Source: Alphaproteobacteria bacterium | GTDB taxonomy: Bacteria; Pseudomonadota; Alphaproteobacteria; UBA7985 | Assembly (NCBI GenBank): GCA_964228455.1 | Contig: CAXQZM010000094.1 | Span: forward strand, 1 to 54,035 | DNA length: 54,035 bases | Reading direction: 5' to 3' | Shown: piece by piece, positions 10,136 through 19,549 of the stretch | Layout of the letters: the number at the start of each line of letters is the position of its first letter | Numbering within the stretch: position 1 is the stretch's first letter | The notes under the pieces: generated by a model | Seen by the model: only the letters and a program-made list of their open reading frames with translations | Databases searched by the model: none | Told to the model about the DNA's origin: nothing | Made by a program: the position numbers and the translations under genes

Positions 10136-10780
10136 TTATTCTTGCTCTTCTTCTTCTGTACCGCCTCCACTACGGGCCGCCTCACGGGCTGCCTCCATTT
10201 GCGCGCGCTTCAGTGCGGACGGCGCGGTTAATGTGGCAATCACAAAATCGCGGCCTCGAATGGTTGGGACAACTGAATCTGGGACCTCAACATCGGACCA
10301 TTTAAGGGCATCGTTTACATCTTTACCTGTGAGATCAAGTGCAAAGGCAGAGGGGATATCCTTAGCAAGGCACGCCACTTCAACATTTTTGCGCACAACG
10401 TTTAAGACAGCGCCACGCTTCATTCCTGGAGAAGCAGGTTCATTGTCAAAAATTACTGGGACTTTGACTTTAATCTTAGAACTATCAGAAACGCGCATGA
10501 AATCTACATGAATAGGCTGATCGGAAACTCGATCAAATTGCACTGCACGGGGAAGTACTTTTGTGTCCTTGCCATCGATTTTAAGCTTCATAACAGTGGA
10601 GAAAAAACCTGGATCACGAAGCCCTTTCATTAATTCAACTGGCCCTACTGATACCATAGAGGGCTCCCCTCCATCGCCGTAAACAACAGCTGGTACTCGG
10701 CCTTGGCGTCGAATTGCACGAGCTGGGCCTTTACCAGAACCTTCTTTTGATTCAGTGTTAAATGTGCGAACTTCAGACAT
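10136..10780 (-). CDS. rplY: 50S ribosomal protein L25 / general stress protein Ctc
   Basis: The track ORF extends to 10888, but that part overlaps prs. The ATG at 10780 is preceded by AGGAG and gives MSEVRTFNTESKEG...AIRRQGRVPAVVYG, the L25/Ctc signature. The C-terminal tail is acidic. Confidence 0.9.
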   Translation of the reverse strand: MSEVRTFNTESKEGSGKGPARAIRRQGRVPAVVYGDGGEPSMVSVGPVELMKGLRDPGFFSTVMKLKIDGKDTKVLPRAVQFDRVSDQPIHVDFMRVSDSSKIKVKVPVIFDNEPASPGMKRGAVLNVVRKNVEVACLAKDIPSAFALDLTGKDVNDALKWSDVEVPDSVVPTIRGRDFVIATLTAPSALKRAQMEAAREAARSGGGTEEEEQE

Positions 10781-10790
10781 TGGGATCTCC

Positions 10791-11753
10791 TTACTTCTTT
10801 TCGGGTTCGTTAGGTTCATGTGAAAATAGGTCAGAAACGGATTCATTGCTTCCGATTCTTTTGATCGCGTCGCCCAACAACGGAGCAACGGATAGATGAC
10901 GGATATTGTTAACCGCTTTTATGTTTTCAGTGGGTAAAATCGAGTCAGTTATTACAAGTTCACGAATAGCAGAGTTGGCTATTAGTTCTGATGCGGGGTC
11001 TGAGAAGACCCCATGGGATATATATGCGCTTACTGAACTCGCGCCTTCATCCATGATTGCCTGCGCAGCGTTACACAAAGTTCCACCAGAATCCACTATG
11101 TCATCAATTAAAATACAATCTTTGCCCCTTACATCACCGATTATGTTCATTACTTCGGACTGCCCAGCCCTGGGTCTTCTCTTGTCTACGATCGCAAGAT
11201 CGCAGCCTAATCGGCTAGCAATAGCTCGAGCTCTAACAACTCCACCAACGTCCGGAGAAACGATCATGATTTTCTCACCGGAACCAAGATTACTTCGGAT
11301 ATCGGATGTAAGTGTAGGACCAGCGAAGAGGTTATCTGTTGGGATATCAAAGAAACCTTGGATTTGCGCCGCGTGTAAATCGATAGTTAGGACTCTATCA
11401 GCACCGGCTCCTTCAATAAGGTTCGCCACTAACTTGGCTGTAATGGGCGACCGAGGAGTCGACTTACGGTCTTGCCTGGCGTAGCCAAAGTAAGGAATCA
11501 CAGCCGTAATTCGCTCTGCAGAGCCTCTTTTCAATGCGTCGATGGTAACCAATAACTCCATGAGATTATCGTTAGCAGGACACGAAGTGGGTTGGATCAG
11601 AAAGACATCCTGTCCTCTAACGTTATCTAAAATTTCAACGAAAATTTCTTCATCACGAAAGCGCTGAAAGTTTGTCTGCGTGAGAGGCAGACCGAGGCGT
11701 GTTGAAATTCCCTCGGATAAGGGTCGGTTAGCAGTCCCGGATACAAGTTTCAT
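10791..11753 (-). CDS. prs: Ribose-phosphate pyrophosphokinase
   Basis: 320 aa. It begins [16 protein letters not shown], contains [10 protein letters not shown] and has the PRPP-binding loop [12 protein letters not shown]. Confidence 0.95.
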   Translation of the reverse strand: MKLVSGTANRPLSEGISTRLGLPLTQTNFQRFRDEEIFVEILDNVRGQDVFLIQPTSCPANDNLMELLVTIDALKRGSAERITAVIPYFGYARQDRKSTPRSPITAKLVANLIEGAGADRVLTIDLHAAQIQGFFDIPTDNLFAGPTLTSDIRSNLGSGEKIMIVSPDVGGVVRARAIASRLGCDLAIVDKRRPRAGQSEVMNIIGDVRGKDCILIDDIVDSGGTLCNAAQAIMDEGASSVSAYISHGVFSDPASELIANSAIRELVITDSILPTENIKAVNNIRHLSVAPLLGDAIKRIGSNESVSDLFSHEPNEPEKK

Positions 11754-11873
11754 TATATTCTCCTTGCCCCCAAAAGACCTCTGGACAGTTGTCCAGCACC
11801 TGGCAGCATTTCTTAGACATCGGGCCCCTAGGGAATAGGGTCGATTCTGTAAAGAGGAATGTCTAGCTAGGGC

Positions 11874-12926
11874 TTATAGCGCATCGTCAACCAGATATAT
11901 CTGGTTAGAGTTGGGTAGCGAATCTGGGTCTAAGACCAGGGGTTCATTCAACGCTGCAATGGCGGGAGCAACTCGATATGTCGCACCGTCTAGTATCAGT
12001 TCTAACTCTGATAGATTCTCGGTCATCAGTCTTACGGTTTTCCCATCTGGTACTTTGTATTGTTCTCCACGCTGGTATTCAGCGCGGAGGAAGGCCTGTC
12101 CGTCACGATCATCTGCTAAAGTGATATATGCAAGGCCAGTAGCTAAAATAATAACTCGGTGTTCCTTATCTACTGCTTCTAAAGGGAGTGGTGTAAGTCC
12201 CCGCTGATCAGGCCGCATCATTGGGATAGCAATACCATAGACCACAACTTGATCACTGTCCGCCGTAAGATTGGTAACTTCATTGCTCTGATTCGTTGGT
12301 TTAGGCGCATCAGGCAGATTTTCAAAATTGTAGACCACGTCGATGTTTTGCTCCAACTCCAAAAAAGGCTCATCATTTAGGATCGTAACACCAACTGTTA
12401 ATTCTTGTTCCGTAAGCAGTTTTGGACTGGTCTTTGACGAGTAAGCAGCCATAACAAAGTAGGAGCTACCAAGAAGAATTGCTGCGATTACGAGAACTGC
12501 GAATGATGGCCAGCGTGGGGAGTAGGCAACTGTGCCTACCCCATTTAACGGTTTGAACATTGGCCCGTTCCGTATGTGAGCTTTAGCCTTCGACAGAGAC
12601 CGAAATTTCAGCAATAGATCGTCTGTCGGTAGGCCTAGATAAGTCGCATAAGACCGGACGAACCCGAGACCGTAGCTTCCCAACGGCAAAGCTTGTATTT
12701 CACCCTTTTCTATCGCTTGCAAATGGGCACGGCGGATGCACAAATCGGTAGCTACCTGATCAATCGACTTTCCGTATGCCTCTCTGTAAGCTTTTAAGAT
12801 AACTCCTGCAGGCTGACCTGTCCATTCCTCAGGGCGATAGTTGAACCGGCCAGACGATGGTTGTCGTCGAGTATTTTGAGATGGTCGATGAAACATTGAG
12901 ACGATGTGCAAACTTTCGATCCCCAC
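11874..12926 (-). CDS. RodZ-like helix-turn-helix membrane protein (HTH + TM + DUF4115-like C-terminus)
   Basis: Cro/C1-type HTH (LKAYREAYGKSIDQVATDLCIRRAHLQAIEKGE...GFVRSYATYLGL), a single TM segment (FAVLVIAAILLGSSYFVMAAY) and a C-terminal beta-rich domain. The track start at 12926 is a GTG; the first ATG is at 12896. Confidence 0.7.
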   Translation of the reverse strand: MGIESLHIVSMFHRPSQNTRRQPSSGRFNYRPEEWTGQPAGVILKAYREAYGKSIDQVATDLCIRRAHLQAIEKGEIQALPLGSYGLGFVRSYATYLGLPTDDLLLKFRSLSKAKAHIRNGPMFKPLNGVGTVAYSPRWPSFAVLVIAAILLGSSYFVMAAYSSKTSPKLLTEQELTVGVTILNDEPFLELEQNIDVVYNFENLPDAPKPTNQSNEVTNLTADSDQVVVYGIAIPMMRPDQRGLTPLPLEAVDKEHRVIILATGLAYITLADDRDGQAFLRAEYQRGEQYKVPDGKTVRLMTENLSELELILDGATYRVAPAIAALNEPLVLDPDSLPNSNQIYLVDDAL

Positions 12927-13017
12927 AACTAGATGTTTACCGTTGAAAATACAAGAACTTGGTTGAGGAGTTTTGATTAAGTTGTTTGTGTTCGGGATCT
13001 AGAACGATCTCAAATAC

Positions 13018-13389
13018 TTACGGGGTTCTGGCTGACAGAAGTGCCCCTAGAGGGCGACCGCCGCACAAGTGAACGTGAAAATGTGGGACTTCCTGATGCG
13101 CATCTTCACCGTGGTTAGCTAATAACCGATAACCGCTCTCTTGAAGCCCAAGTTCGCGCGCGACTTTTCCGATTAGTTTTACTAATTTAACAATTTCTGT
13201 AGAAGTTGCTCGTTCGCTAAAGTCTGCGAACGAAACATATGCCCCCTTTGGAATAATTAACACGTGATTTGGAGCTTGCGGATTTACATCTGCAAACGCG
13301 AGTGCCTCATCATTTTCATCAATTACGTTACAGGGGATCTCACCACGGAGAATTTTTGCGAAAACATTATTTTCATCGTAGGGAATCAT
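13018..13389 (-). CDS. HIT-family (histidine triad) nucleotide hydrolase
   Basis: It carries the histidine triad HFHVHLCGG and the N-terminus [20 protein letters not shown] prefer the ATG at 13389; the track start at 13416 is also possible. Either start overlaps the hisE 3' end. Confidence 0.85.
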   Translation of the reverse strand: MIPYDENNVFAKILRGEIPCNVIDENDEALAFADVNPQAPNHVLIIPKGAYVSFADFSERATSTEIVKLVKLIGKVARELGLQESGYRLLANHGEDAHQEVPHFHVHLCGGRPLGALLSARTP

Positions 13390-13723
13390 TTTGGCGCCTT
13401 CTTGCTCTTTCTTCATGCTCTGGGAGGCCTAATCGCTCGCTGAGTTCCAGCCAAACTTTTTTTGGTTTTACGCCTCGCTCTGCCCACAACAGGAGAAGAA
13501 AGAAAAGCATGTCAGCGCTCTCCTCCACAAGCTCTCGCTTACCACCGTTCACAGCTTCAATAACTACTTCAACAGCTTCCTCTCCTAACTTTTGGGCTAT
13601 TTTAGCCCGGCCGGCTTTGAGTAACTTGTGAGTGCGGGAATTGCTAACTGGTTTCCCAGCTTCAAATGCAGAAACTCGATCGACAATTAGCTCATATACT
13701 TTGTCCAGTGTATGTTCACTCAC
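13373..13723 (-). CDS. hisE: Phosphoribosyl-ATP pyrophosphatase
   Basis: 116 aa. It has the MazG-like helix pattern [17 protein letters not shown]...[16 protein letters not shown]. It sits last in the his cluster and overlaps hisF by 4 nt. Confidence 0.85.
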   Translation of the reverse strand: MSEHTLDKVYELIVDRVSAFEAGKPVSNSRTHKLLKAGRAKIAQKLGEEAVEVVIEAVNGGKRELVEESADMLFFLLLLWAERGVKPKKVWLELSERLGLPEHEERARRRQNDSLR

Positions 13724-14481
13724 AACAACCTCACTTCCACACCATTGGCCGCCATATGAGCCTTTGCATCTGCAATTGTAAAGATGCCAAAGTGGAAAAT
13801 GGATGCAGCCAAAACAGCGGCAGCACCCCCTTGGGTTACTCCAGCAACTAGGTGATCCAGGTCGCCAACGCCTCCTGAAGCAATAACTGGTATAGATATG
13901 GCTGACGAGACGGCTTTAGTCAGAGGAATGTCATATCCAATTTTCGTACCATCGCGGTCCATTGACGTAAGCAGTATTTCTCCAGCACCTCGAAGTGCAA
14001 TCTCTTTCGCCCATTCAACCGCATCTTTACGCGTATTCTCGCGCCCGCCTTTTACAAACACCTCAAAGCGCTCTCCGGTCCATTTCGCGTCAACAGCAAC
14101 AACTATCGCCTGACTCCCAAATTCTCTAGCAGCGTCATTAATAAGTTCAGGGTTGTCAACAGCTGCTGAATTTATGGACACCTTGTCTGCTCCTGCGACG
14201 AGTAGCTTTCTGATATCTGACACTGCCCTAATTCCCCCACCTACTGTTAAGGGCATAAAGCAATGTTCTGCTGTTTCTTTCACAACATCGAGAATGATCG
14301 GTCGTTTTTCGTGACTCGCAGTAATATCCAAAAAACATAATTCATCCGCCCCAGCTGAATCATAGATTTTAGCTTGTGAAACTGGGTTTCCAGCATCGAC
14401 TAAATCAACAAAGTTGACCCCTTTTACAACACGACCTTCATGCACATCCAGGCATGGTATGATTCGGGTTTTTAGAGTCAC
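13720..14481 (-). CDS. hisF: Imidazole glycerol phosphate synthase cyclase subunit
   Basis: 253 aa. It begins [19 protein letters not shown] and contains IASGGVG. Confidence 0.95.
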   Translation of the reverse strand: MTLKTRIIPCLDVHEGRVVKGVNFVDLVDAGNPVSQAKIYDSAGADELCFLDITASHEKRPIILDVVKETAEHCFMPLTVGGGIRAVSDIRKLLVAGADKVSINSAAVDNPELINDAAREFGSQAIVVAVDAKWTGERFEVFVKGGRENTRKDAVEWAKEIALRGAGEILLTSMDRDGTKIGYDIPLTKAVSSAISIPVIASGGVGDLDHLVAGVTQGGAAAVLAASIFHFGIFTIADAKAHMAANGVEVRLL

Positions 14482-15209
14482 GCAAGAGCCTCCAATGCAG
14501 CTTTAGGGTCCAATCTGCCATCATAAAGAGCCCGGCCTGATATAACGCCTGCTATTGGACTAGGTTGGTTCTTTAGGGTTACCAAATCTCCAATATCCCT
14601 AAGACCACCGGACGCAATTACTGGAATGGAGACAGCGTCTGCTAATTCGGCAGTGGCAGGTATATTAACGCCTGTGAGAGCTCCATCTCGATTAATGTCG
14701 GTGTATATTAGCGCGGCGACTCCCGCTCCTTCGAACATCTTTGCGAGATCGATAGCGAGTATATCAGAGGTTTTAAGCCATCCGTCCGTAGCTACTCTGC
14801 CGTCTCTAGCATCAAGACCAACTGCGACCTGCCCAGGAAAAGCCCGGGCTGCTTCTTTAACTAACTTTGGATTAGAAAGGGCAATTGAGCCGAGAATAAC
14901 TCTCGAAAGCCCTGCCGATAACCAGGCTTCGATTTGAGAAATGCTACGAATGCCTCCGCCCAATTGTACCTTCATATCTCGTCCAACTTCTTCCAGTATT
15001 TCACTGACTGCTGAAGCATTCACGGGTTGTCCGGCTACAGCTCCATTCAAATCCACAACGTGCAGCCATGGAAACCCATAATCTGACCAAGATCGAGCAG
15101 TTTGTGCTGGGTTATCCCCATAAATTGTTGTTGCGTCTAAATCGCCTTTAAACAGGCGGACAACTTTGCCGTCCTTGAGATCAATTGCGGGGTAAAGAAG
15201 CATCATCAA
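14478..15209 (-). CDS. hisA: ProFAR isomerase (1-(5-phosphoribosyl)-5-[(5-phosphoribosylamino)methylideneamino]imidazole-4-carboxamide isomerase)
   Basis: 243 aa. It contains [23 protein letters not shown] and IASGGL. ATGs at 15209, 15206 and 15203 are all possible starts. Confidence 0.93.
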   Translation of the reverse strand: MMMLLYPAIDLKDGKVVRLFKGDLDATTIYGDNPAQTARSWSDYGFPWLHVVDLNGAVAGQPVNASAVSEILEEVGRDMKVQLGGGIRSISQIEAWLSAGLSRVILGSIALSNPKLVKEAARAFPGQVAVGLDARDGRVATDGWLKTSDILAIDLAKMFEGAGVAALIYTDINRDGALTGVNIPATAELADAVSIPVIASGGLRDIGDLVTLKNQPSPIAGVISGRALYDGRLDPKAALEALA

Positions 15210-15753
15210 TCAAGTCCAAATAAAAGCACAGACCAGCGACCCACGCATCATCAATAAACGCATATCGTGGCATTCGGCCCCATTCATGAAAGCCAAGCGC
15301 GCGGTAAATAGTGATGGCCGACGTTTGAGTCTCGCGTACGTCTAATTTTATGGCGGTTAAATTGAGAAATTTCGCATGCTTAATCGCTAATTGCACCAAT
15401 GCTTGACCAATGCCGTGCCCCCGAGCCCAACTTGCCGTAAATCCGGACTGTATTTTGCCTATACTGGCTTGGGACTCAAGGTTTTTTGGAGCCTCATGAA
15501 GCTGCAATGCGCCTGCGATAAGTCCATCAAGGCGAGCTAACAAGAGATGACGTCCAGGTACCATCATGAAGCCTCTCCAATATGCTTCTAGCTTTGACCG
15601 GGCGGGAGTTTTCAACCAGCCAAAACCGCCACCTCTCTTAATGGCATCTTCTGTCGCCAAACATAAATCAGCAAGATCTGAGGTGCTAAGCTCTTGTACA
15701 ATCTCTAATTTCACATTGGCTTGGATTTCTGGGGCTGGTGTCATGGCATCCAC
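15181..15753 (-). CDS. GNAT-family N-acetyltransferase embedded in the his cluster
   Basis: 190 aa. It has the acetyl-CoA-binding motif ARGHGIGQALVQLAIKHAK and a C-terminal beta-bulge region (ITIYRALGFHEWG). It overlaps hisH by 13 nt and hisA by up to 29 nt. Confidence 0.8.
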   Translation of the reverse strand: MDAMTPAPEIQANVKLEIVQELSTSDLADLCLATEDAIKRGGGFGWLKTPARSKLEAYWRGFMMVPGRHLLLARLDGLIAGALQLHEAPKNLESQASIGKIQSGFTASWARGHGIGQALVQLAIKHAKFLNLTAIKLDVRETQTSAITIYRALGFHEWGRMPRYAFIDDAWVAGLCFYLDLIDDASLPRN

Positions 15754-16358
15754 CTTGCGAACTGCTCTAGTAATTTTATGCCTGCAGCTTGTGACTTTTC
15801 CGGATGAAATTGAACACCTAGCATATTATCACGACCTAGTGCCGCAACCTCATCTGTCTCAAGGGACATTGAAGCTATCGGCGAACGAATCTTTTGAGCG
15901 ACGTATGAATGACAGAAATAAAAATCTTTGCCATCTAATCCGCAAAGTACACTATGGTTCTGATGCAGTGAAATGTTGTTCCAGCCCATATGAGGAATTT
16001 TAATGGACAGGTTTTTGGTCTCAAGACGATCCACTTCGCCCTCGATCCAGCTAAATCCGGGGAATACCCCATCTTCTAAACCTCGCTCAAGCATAAGCTG
16101 CATTCCAACGCAGATTCCTAGATAGGGCACTCGATGATGAATAACCGCTTGGTTTAACGCCTCTAGAAGGCCTTTGTGAGCCTGTAGGCCGGCCAGGCAC
16201 CTTCCAAACGCACCTTGACCCGGCAGTATCAAATGAGAAGCGCTGGCTACATCTTCTGGGGTGGCCGTAACGCGCACTCGCTTGTTGCTAGCTGCTTCAA
16301 GAGCCTTAGCAACCGACCGAATGTTTCCTGACCCGTAGTCGATCAAAGTGAGAGACAT
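15741..16358 (-). CDS. hisH: Imidazole glycerol phosphate synthase glutaminase subunit
   Basis: 205 aa. It begins IDYGSGNIRSV, has the catalytic GICVGMQ and contains GVQFHPEKS. Confidence 0.95.
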   Translation of the reverse strand: MSLTLIDYGSGNIRSVAKALEAASNKRVRVTATPEDVASASHLILPGQGAFGRCLAGLQAHKGLLEALNQAVIHHRVPYLGICVGMQLMLERGLEDGVFPGFSWIEGEVDRLETKNLSIKIPHMGWNNISLHQNHSVLCGLDGKDFYFCHSYVAQKIRSPIASMSLETDEVAALGRDNMLGVQFHPEKSQAAGIKLLEQFARWMP

Positions 16359-16423
16359 GGGCTGGTCCCATAAGCAGGTCCTCTCAACTTATCTAGATGC
16401 TTTTCGCACCAATACTTATGCTC

Positions 16424-17014
16424 TTACAAAGAGCCTTTGGTTGTTGGGACAGATCCATTTGCTCGAGGATCAAGTTCCACAGCACTACGAAGGGCTTTTG
16501 CAAGCGCTTTGAAAAGGCTTTCAGCTATATGATGTGAATTTTCGCCAGCTAACGAATTAGCGTGAAGAGTAATGCCGCCAGCAGAGCTAAGTGCTTGAAA
16601 AAACTCTCTTACAAGCTCTGTATCAAAACTTCCAATTTTTGGAGTTGGAAATTCAACATCCCACGCCAAAAAAGCTCGATTTGAGAGGTCTAAGGCTACT
16701 CGTGACAGTGATTCATCCATAGCAACATATGAATGTCCATATCTATTGATACCCGCTTTATCTCTAAGTGCCTCCTTCAGGCAAAGCCCAAGAGTAATTG
16801 CGACATCCTCGACTGTGTGATGGTCATCAATATGAAGATCGCCTTCTGCAAAAATTTCTAAATCAATTAGACTGTGCTTTGACAGCTGGTCTAGCATATG
16901 ATCCAAGAAACCAATCCCTGTCTTTAAAGTACGACTGCCCGATCCATCTAGATTTATCGAGACAGTAATTTGGGTTTCATTGGTGTTTCGTTCGAGCGAA
17001 GCTAATCGGTTCAT
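16424..17014 (-). CDS. hisB: Imidazoleglycerol-phosphate dehydratase
   Basis: 196 aa. It contains [23 protein letters not shown] and [12 protein letters not shown]. Confidence 0.95.
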   Translation of the reverse strand: MNRLASLERNTNETQITVSINLDGSGSRTLKTGIGFLDHMLDQLSKHSLIDLEIFAEGDLHIDDHHTVEDVAITLGLCLKEALRDKAGINRYGHSYVAMDESLSRVALDLSNRAFLAWDVEFPTPKIGSFDTELVREFFQALSSAGGITLHANSLAGENSHHIAESLFKALAKALRSAVELDPRANGSVPTTKGSL

Positions 17015-17173
17015 GACCTTAAATTACTGATAATAAATGATTTTAAAACATCGAAATTTTGTTGAGAGTAGTTTTTTTAAACCTGCAACTTGCTCGCCAC
17101 AGTTCTCGTCTAACGTTAGAAATCCTAAAAACCTTCATCGCCTTTGGATGTTTCAAGGATTATATCGGCTGTT

Positions 17174-19294
17174 ATGGCTGAAGTGCATTCTAAATCACCT
17201 GCGCGGTTTTTGAACCGAGAGCTATCCTGGCTCGCTTTTAATGCACGAGTGGTTGCAGAGGCGCGGCGGGTCGAAAATCCTGTCCTCGAAAGAGTGAGGT
17301 TTTTGGCAATAGCGGCTTCGAATTTAGCAGAATTTATTTCTGTTCGTGTTGCCGGTTTGCGGGCTCAGGTTCGCGCAGGCTATAATAGAACATCGCCGGA
17401 TGGTTTATCGCCATCAGCTCAATTAAAAAAAATAGATCAAAGTCTAGCGGCTCTCGCACAAGATCAAACTTTAGCGTGGCAAGAACTGAGATTAGAGTTG
17501 CCAAGAATAGGGCTTGAGATTGTAGTTAGAGAAAACTTGGATGCCGCAGATAAAGAGTGGCTTCGCAACTACCTAGAAAAAGAGCTGTTGCCTGTACTTA
17601 CTCCTATTGCGGTTGATCCAACTCATCCATTTCCTTTTATCCGCAATCAATCATACGCCGTGGCATTAGATTTGCGACGCGGTATCGACGGAAGAGTGCT
17701 GGCTGGTTTGCTCTTAATTCCTGATGGACTTCCAAAATTTATTGAGCTTCCGAACAATGATGGCGAGCCCCGCAGGTTCATCCACATTTACGAGCTTATC
17801 CTCCAAGAAGCCGATCAGGTTTTCCCAGGCTTCGAGGTCATTGATGCAGGTGCTTTTCAAATATTACGAGATGGTGACTTGGAAGTGGAAGATGAAGCAG
17901 ACGACTTGGTCAGGTCGTTTGAGTCAGCTTTAAAGCGTCGTCAACGCGGTAGAGTAATACAGTTGACGGTAGATGAGGCTATAAGCGCTAAGCTGAAAAC
18001 ATTTTTAACCGATCAGTTTAATTTAGATGAGGGTGCAAGTATCCGCGTAGCCAGCGCTTTTGTTGATTTTACTCAACTATTTGAAGTTGCTGCTGCTGAT
18101 CTTCCCCAATATAAATTTGAACCATTTCACCCGCGTTTTCCCGAGAGGGTGAGAGATTTTGACGGTGATTGTTTTGCAGCAATTGAAGCTAAAGATTTTG
18201 TTGTTCACCACCCATTTGAAAGCTTTGATGTCGTAATTCAATTTCTCGCTCAGGCTAGCAGAGACCCCGAAGTCTTATCGATTAAGCAGACACTATATCG
18301 CACATCTAATAATTCACCAATCGTGAGAGCCCTTTGTGAGGCAGCTGAGAGAGGGAAGTCAGTTACTGCGTTAATTGAATTGAAGGCCCGTTTCGATGAG
18401 GAAGCAAATTTGCGTTGGGCACGTGATTTGGAACGTTCAGGGGTGCAGGTCGTTTTTGGATTTGCAGATCTCAAAACGCATGCCAAACTTTCATTGGTTG
18501 CCCGCAGAGAAGCTGACGGTGGCGTAAAAACTTTTGCCCATTTTGGCACGGGGAACTATCATCCCATGACTGCGAAAGTATACACCGACCTATCATTCTT
18601 TACTTCTGATGAAACCTTATGTCGTGATGCCGGGAGACTGTTTAATTACATGACTTCTTATGCAGTTCCGAGGCAACTTGAGGCGTTAGCTGCTGCCCCA
18701 CTGAATTTGCGTGAAACTTTAGCGGCTCATATCGATTCTGAGATAGCGCATGCTAGCTCAGGGGAGCCGGCTGAAATCTGGTTAAAAATGAATTCACTAG
18801 TTGATCCAAGAATGATCGACCATCTATATCGGGCTAGTCAGGCGGGCGTAAAAATTTGTGCCATAGTTAGAGGGATATGTTGTCTTCGCCCGGGAGTAGC
18901 AGGACTATCGGAAAATATCGTCGTACAGTCAGTTGTTGGGCGTTTCCTAGAGCACAGTCGAATTTTTTGTTTTGGTGGCGGGCGGAAGTTACCTTCGCGT
19001 CAGGCAAAAGTATTCATCTCCTCGGCTGATTGGATGCCCAGAAATCTTAATGGCAGAGTGGAGACCCTAGTGCCGATAAATAATGAAACTGTGCATGAGC
19101 AGATCCTTGACCAGGTGATGGCGGCAAGCGTTCGGGATAACGTCAATACCTGGAAATTGCTCGCAAATGGTAACTACGAGCGCGTGCAATCAAAAAAATC
19201 AAAACAATTTAGTGCGCACGATTTTTTCATGAAAAACCCAAGTCTTTCAGGGCGCGGAAGTGCTATAAAAAAAAAGAAACCAAAGTCGCTATAG
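17174..19294 (+). CDS. ppk: Polyphosphate kinase 1
   Basis: The track ORF starts at a TTG at 17144; the first ATG at 17174 gives MAEVHSKSPARFLNRELSWLAFNARV. PPK1 motifs are present: KTHAKLSLV, HFGTGNYHPMTAKVYTDLSFFT and SADWMPRNL. Confidence 0.93.
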   Translation: MAEVHSKSPARFLNRELSWLAFNARVVAEARRVENPVLERVRFLAIAASNLAEFISVRVAGLRAQVRAGYNRTSPDGLSPSAQLKKIDQSLAALAQDQTLAWQELRLELPRIGLEIVVRENLDAADKEWLRNYLEKELLPVLTPIAVDPTHPFPFIRNQSYAVALDLRRGIDGRVLAGLLLIPDGLPKFIELPNNDGEPRRFIHIYELILQEADQVFPGFEVIDAGAFQILRDGDLEVEDEADDLVRSFESALKRRQRGRVIQLTVDEAISAKLKTFLTDQFNLDEGASIRVASAFVDFTQLFEVAAADLPQYKFEPFHPRFPERVRDFDGDCFAAIEAKDFVVHHPFESFDVVIQFLAQASRDPEVLSIKQTLYRTSNNSPIVRALCEAAERGKSVTALIELKARFDEEANLRWARDLERSGVQVVFGFADLKTHAKLSLVARREADGGVKTFAHFGTGNYHPMTAKVYTDLSFFTSDETLCRDAGRLFNYMTSYAVPRQLEALAAAPLNLRETLAAHIDSEIAHASSGEPAEIWLKMNSLVDPRMIDHLYRASQAGVKICAIVRGICCLRPGVAGLSENIVVQSVVGRFLEHSRIFCFGGGRKLPSRQAKVFISSADWMPRNLNGRVETLVPINNETVHEQILDQVMAASVRDNVNTWKLLANGNYERVQSKKSKQFSAHDFFMKNPSLSGRGSAIKKKKPKSL

Positions 19295-19549
19295 ATAAGG
19301 TTTAAAACAGCTCGAAGATGTCTTAGATATGTTCCTGGCTGGACTGTTCGCAATATCACATATGCCCTGGGCCAATAAATTCTCTTAGGGAGCTGGCTCT
19401 GCCCTGATCCTGGTCTTGGTATCTGGCGCCCACCTGCTGAGGCAGGTCACAGGAGCATCGATGATTGGACGGCAGTCTGGCTGCTTTGCTTGATTAAGCG
19501 CCGAAATTTAGTTTGTATTAATCATACTGATGTTACACTAACGTGAATA

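Noticed and set aside
10781-10888. N-terminal extensions offered by the ORF track. Examples: rplY to 10888, petB from 30784, rpe to 47512, hemF to 29654, purH to 45178, ppk from 17144.
   Set aside because: The extensions overlap the preceding gene or lack an RBS. In each case an internal ATG gives the canonical family N-terminus, often with a good AGGAG-like RBS or an ATGA stop/start overlap.
10906-11484. Long antisense ORFs in the track. Examples: 10906..11484 opposite prs, 50100..50687 opposite trpB, 26125..26604 opposite aroA, 36268..36723 opposite folC, 36992..37420 opposite accD, 40023..40505 opposite the ThiE-like gene, 41772..42182 opposite azlC, and 574..816 opposite tkt.
   Set aside because: Each lies fully inside a confidently recognised gene on the other strand and has a low-complexity, Ser/Arg/Ala/Pro-rich composition with no recognisable motifs. 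These are typical shadow ORFs.
19381-19510. Possible SRP (4.5S) RNA or tRNA-like gene in the ppk-ppx spacer. The minus strand contains AAAGCAGCCAGACUGCC, which is reminiscent of the GGAAGCAGCC element, and a 78-nt segment is closed by GGCGC/GCGCC.
   Set aside because: The GNRA tetraloop and the conserved helix-8 internal-loop sequences of SRP RNA are not present. There is no T-loop (GTTCRANNC) or proper D-arm for a tRNA. The region is kept only as an unexplained structured spacer in the findings.
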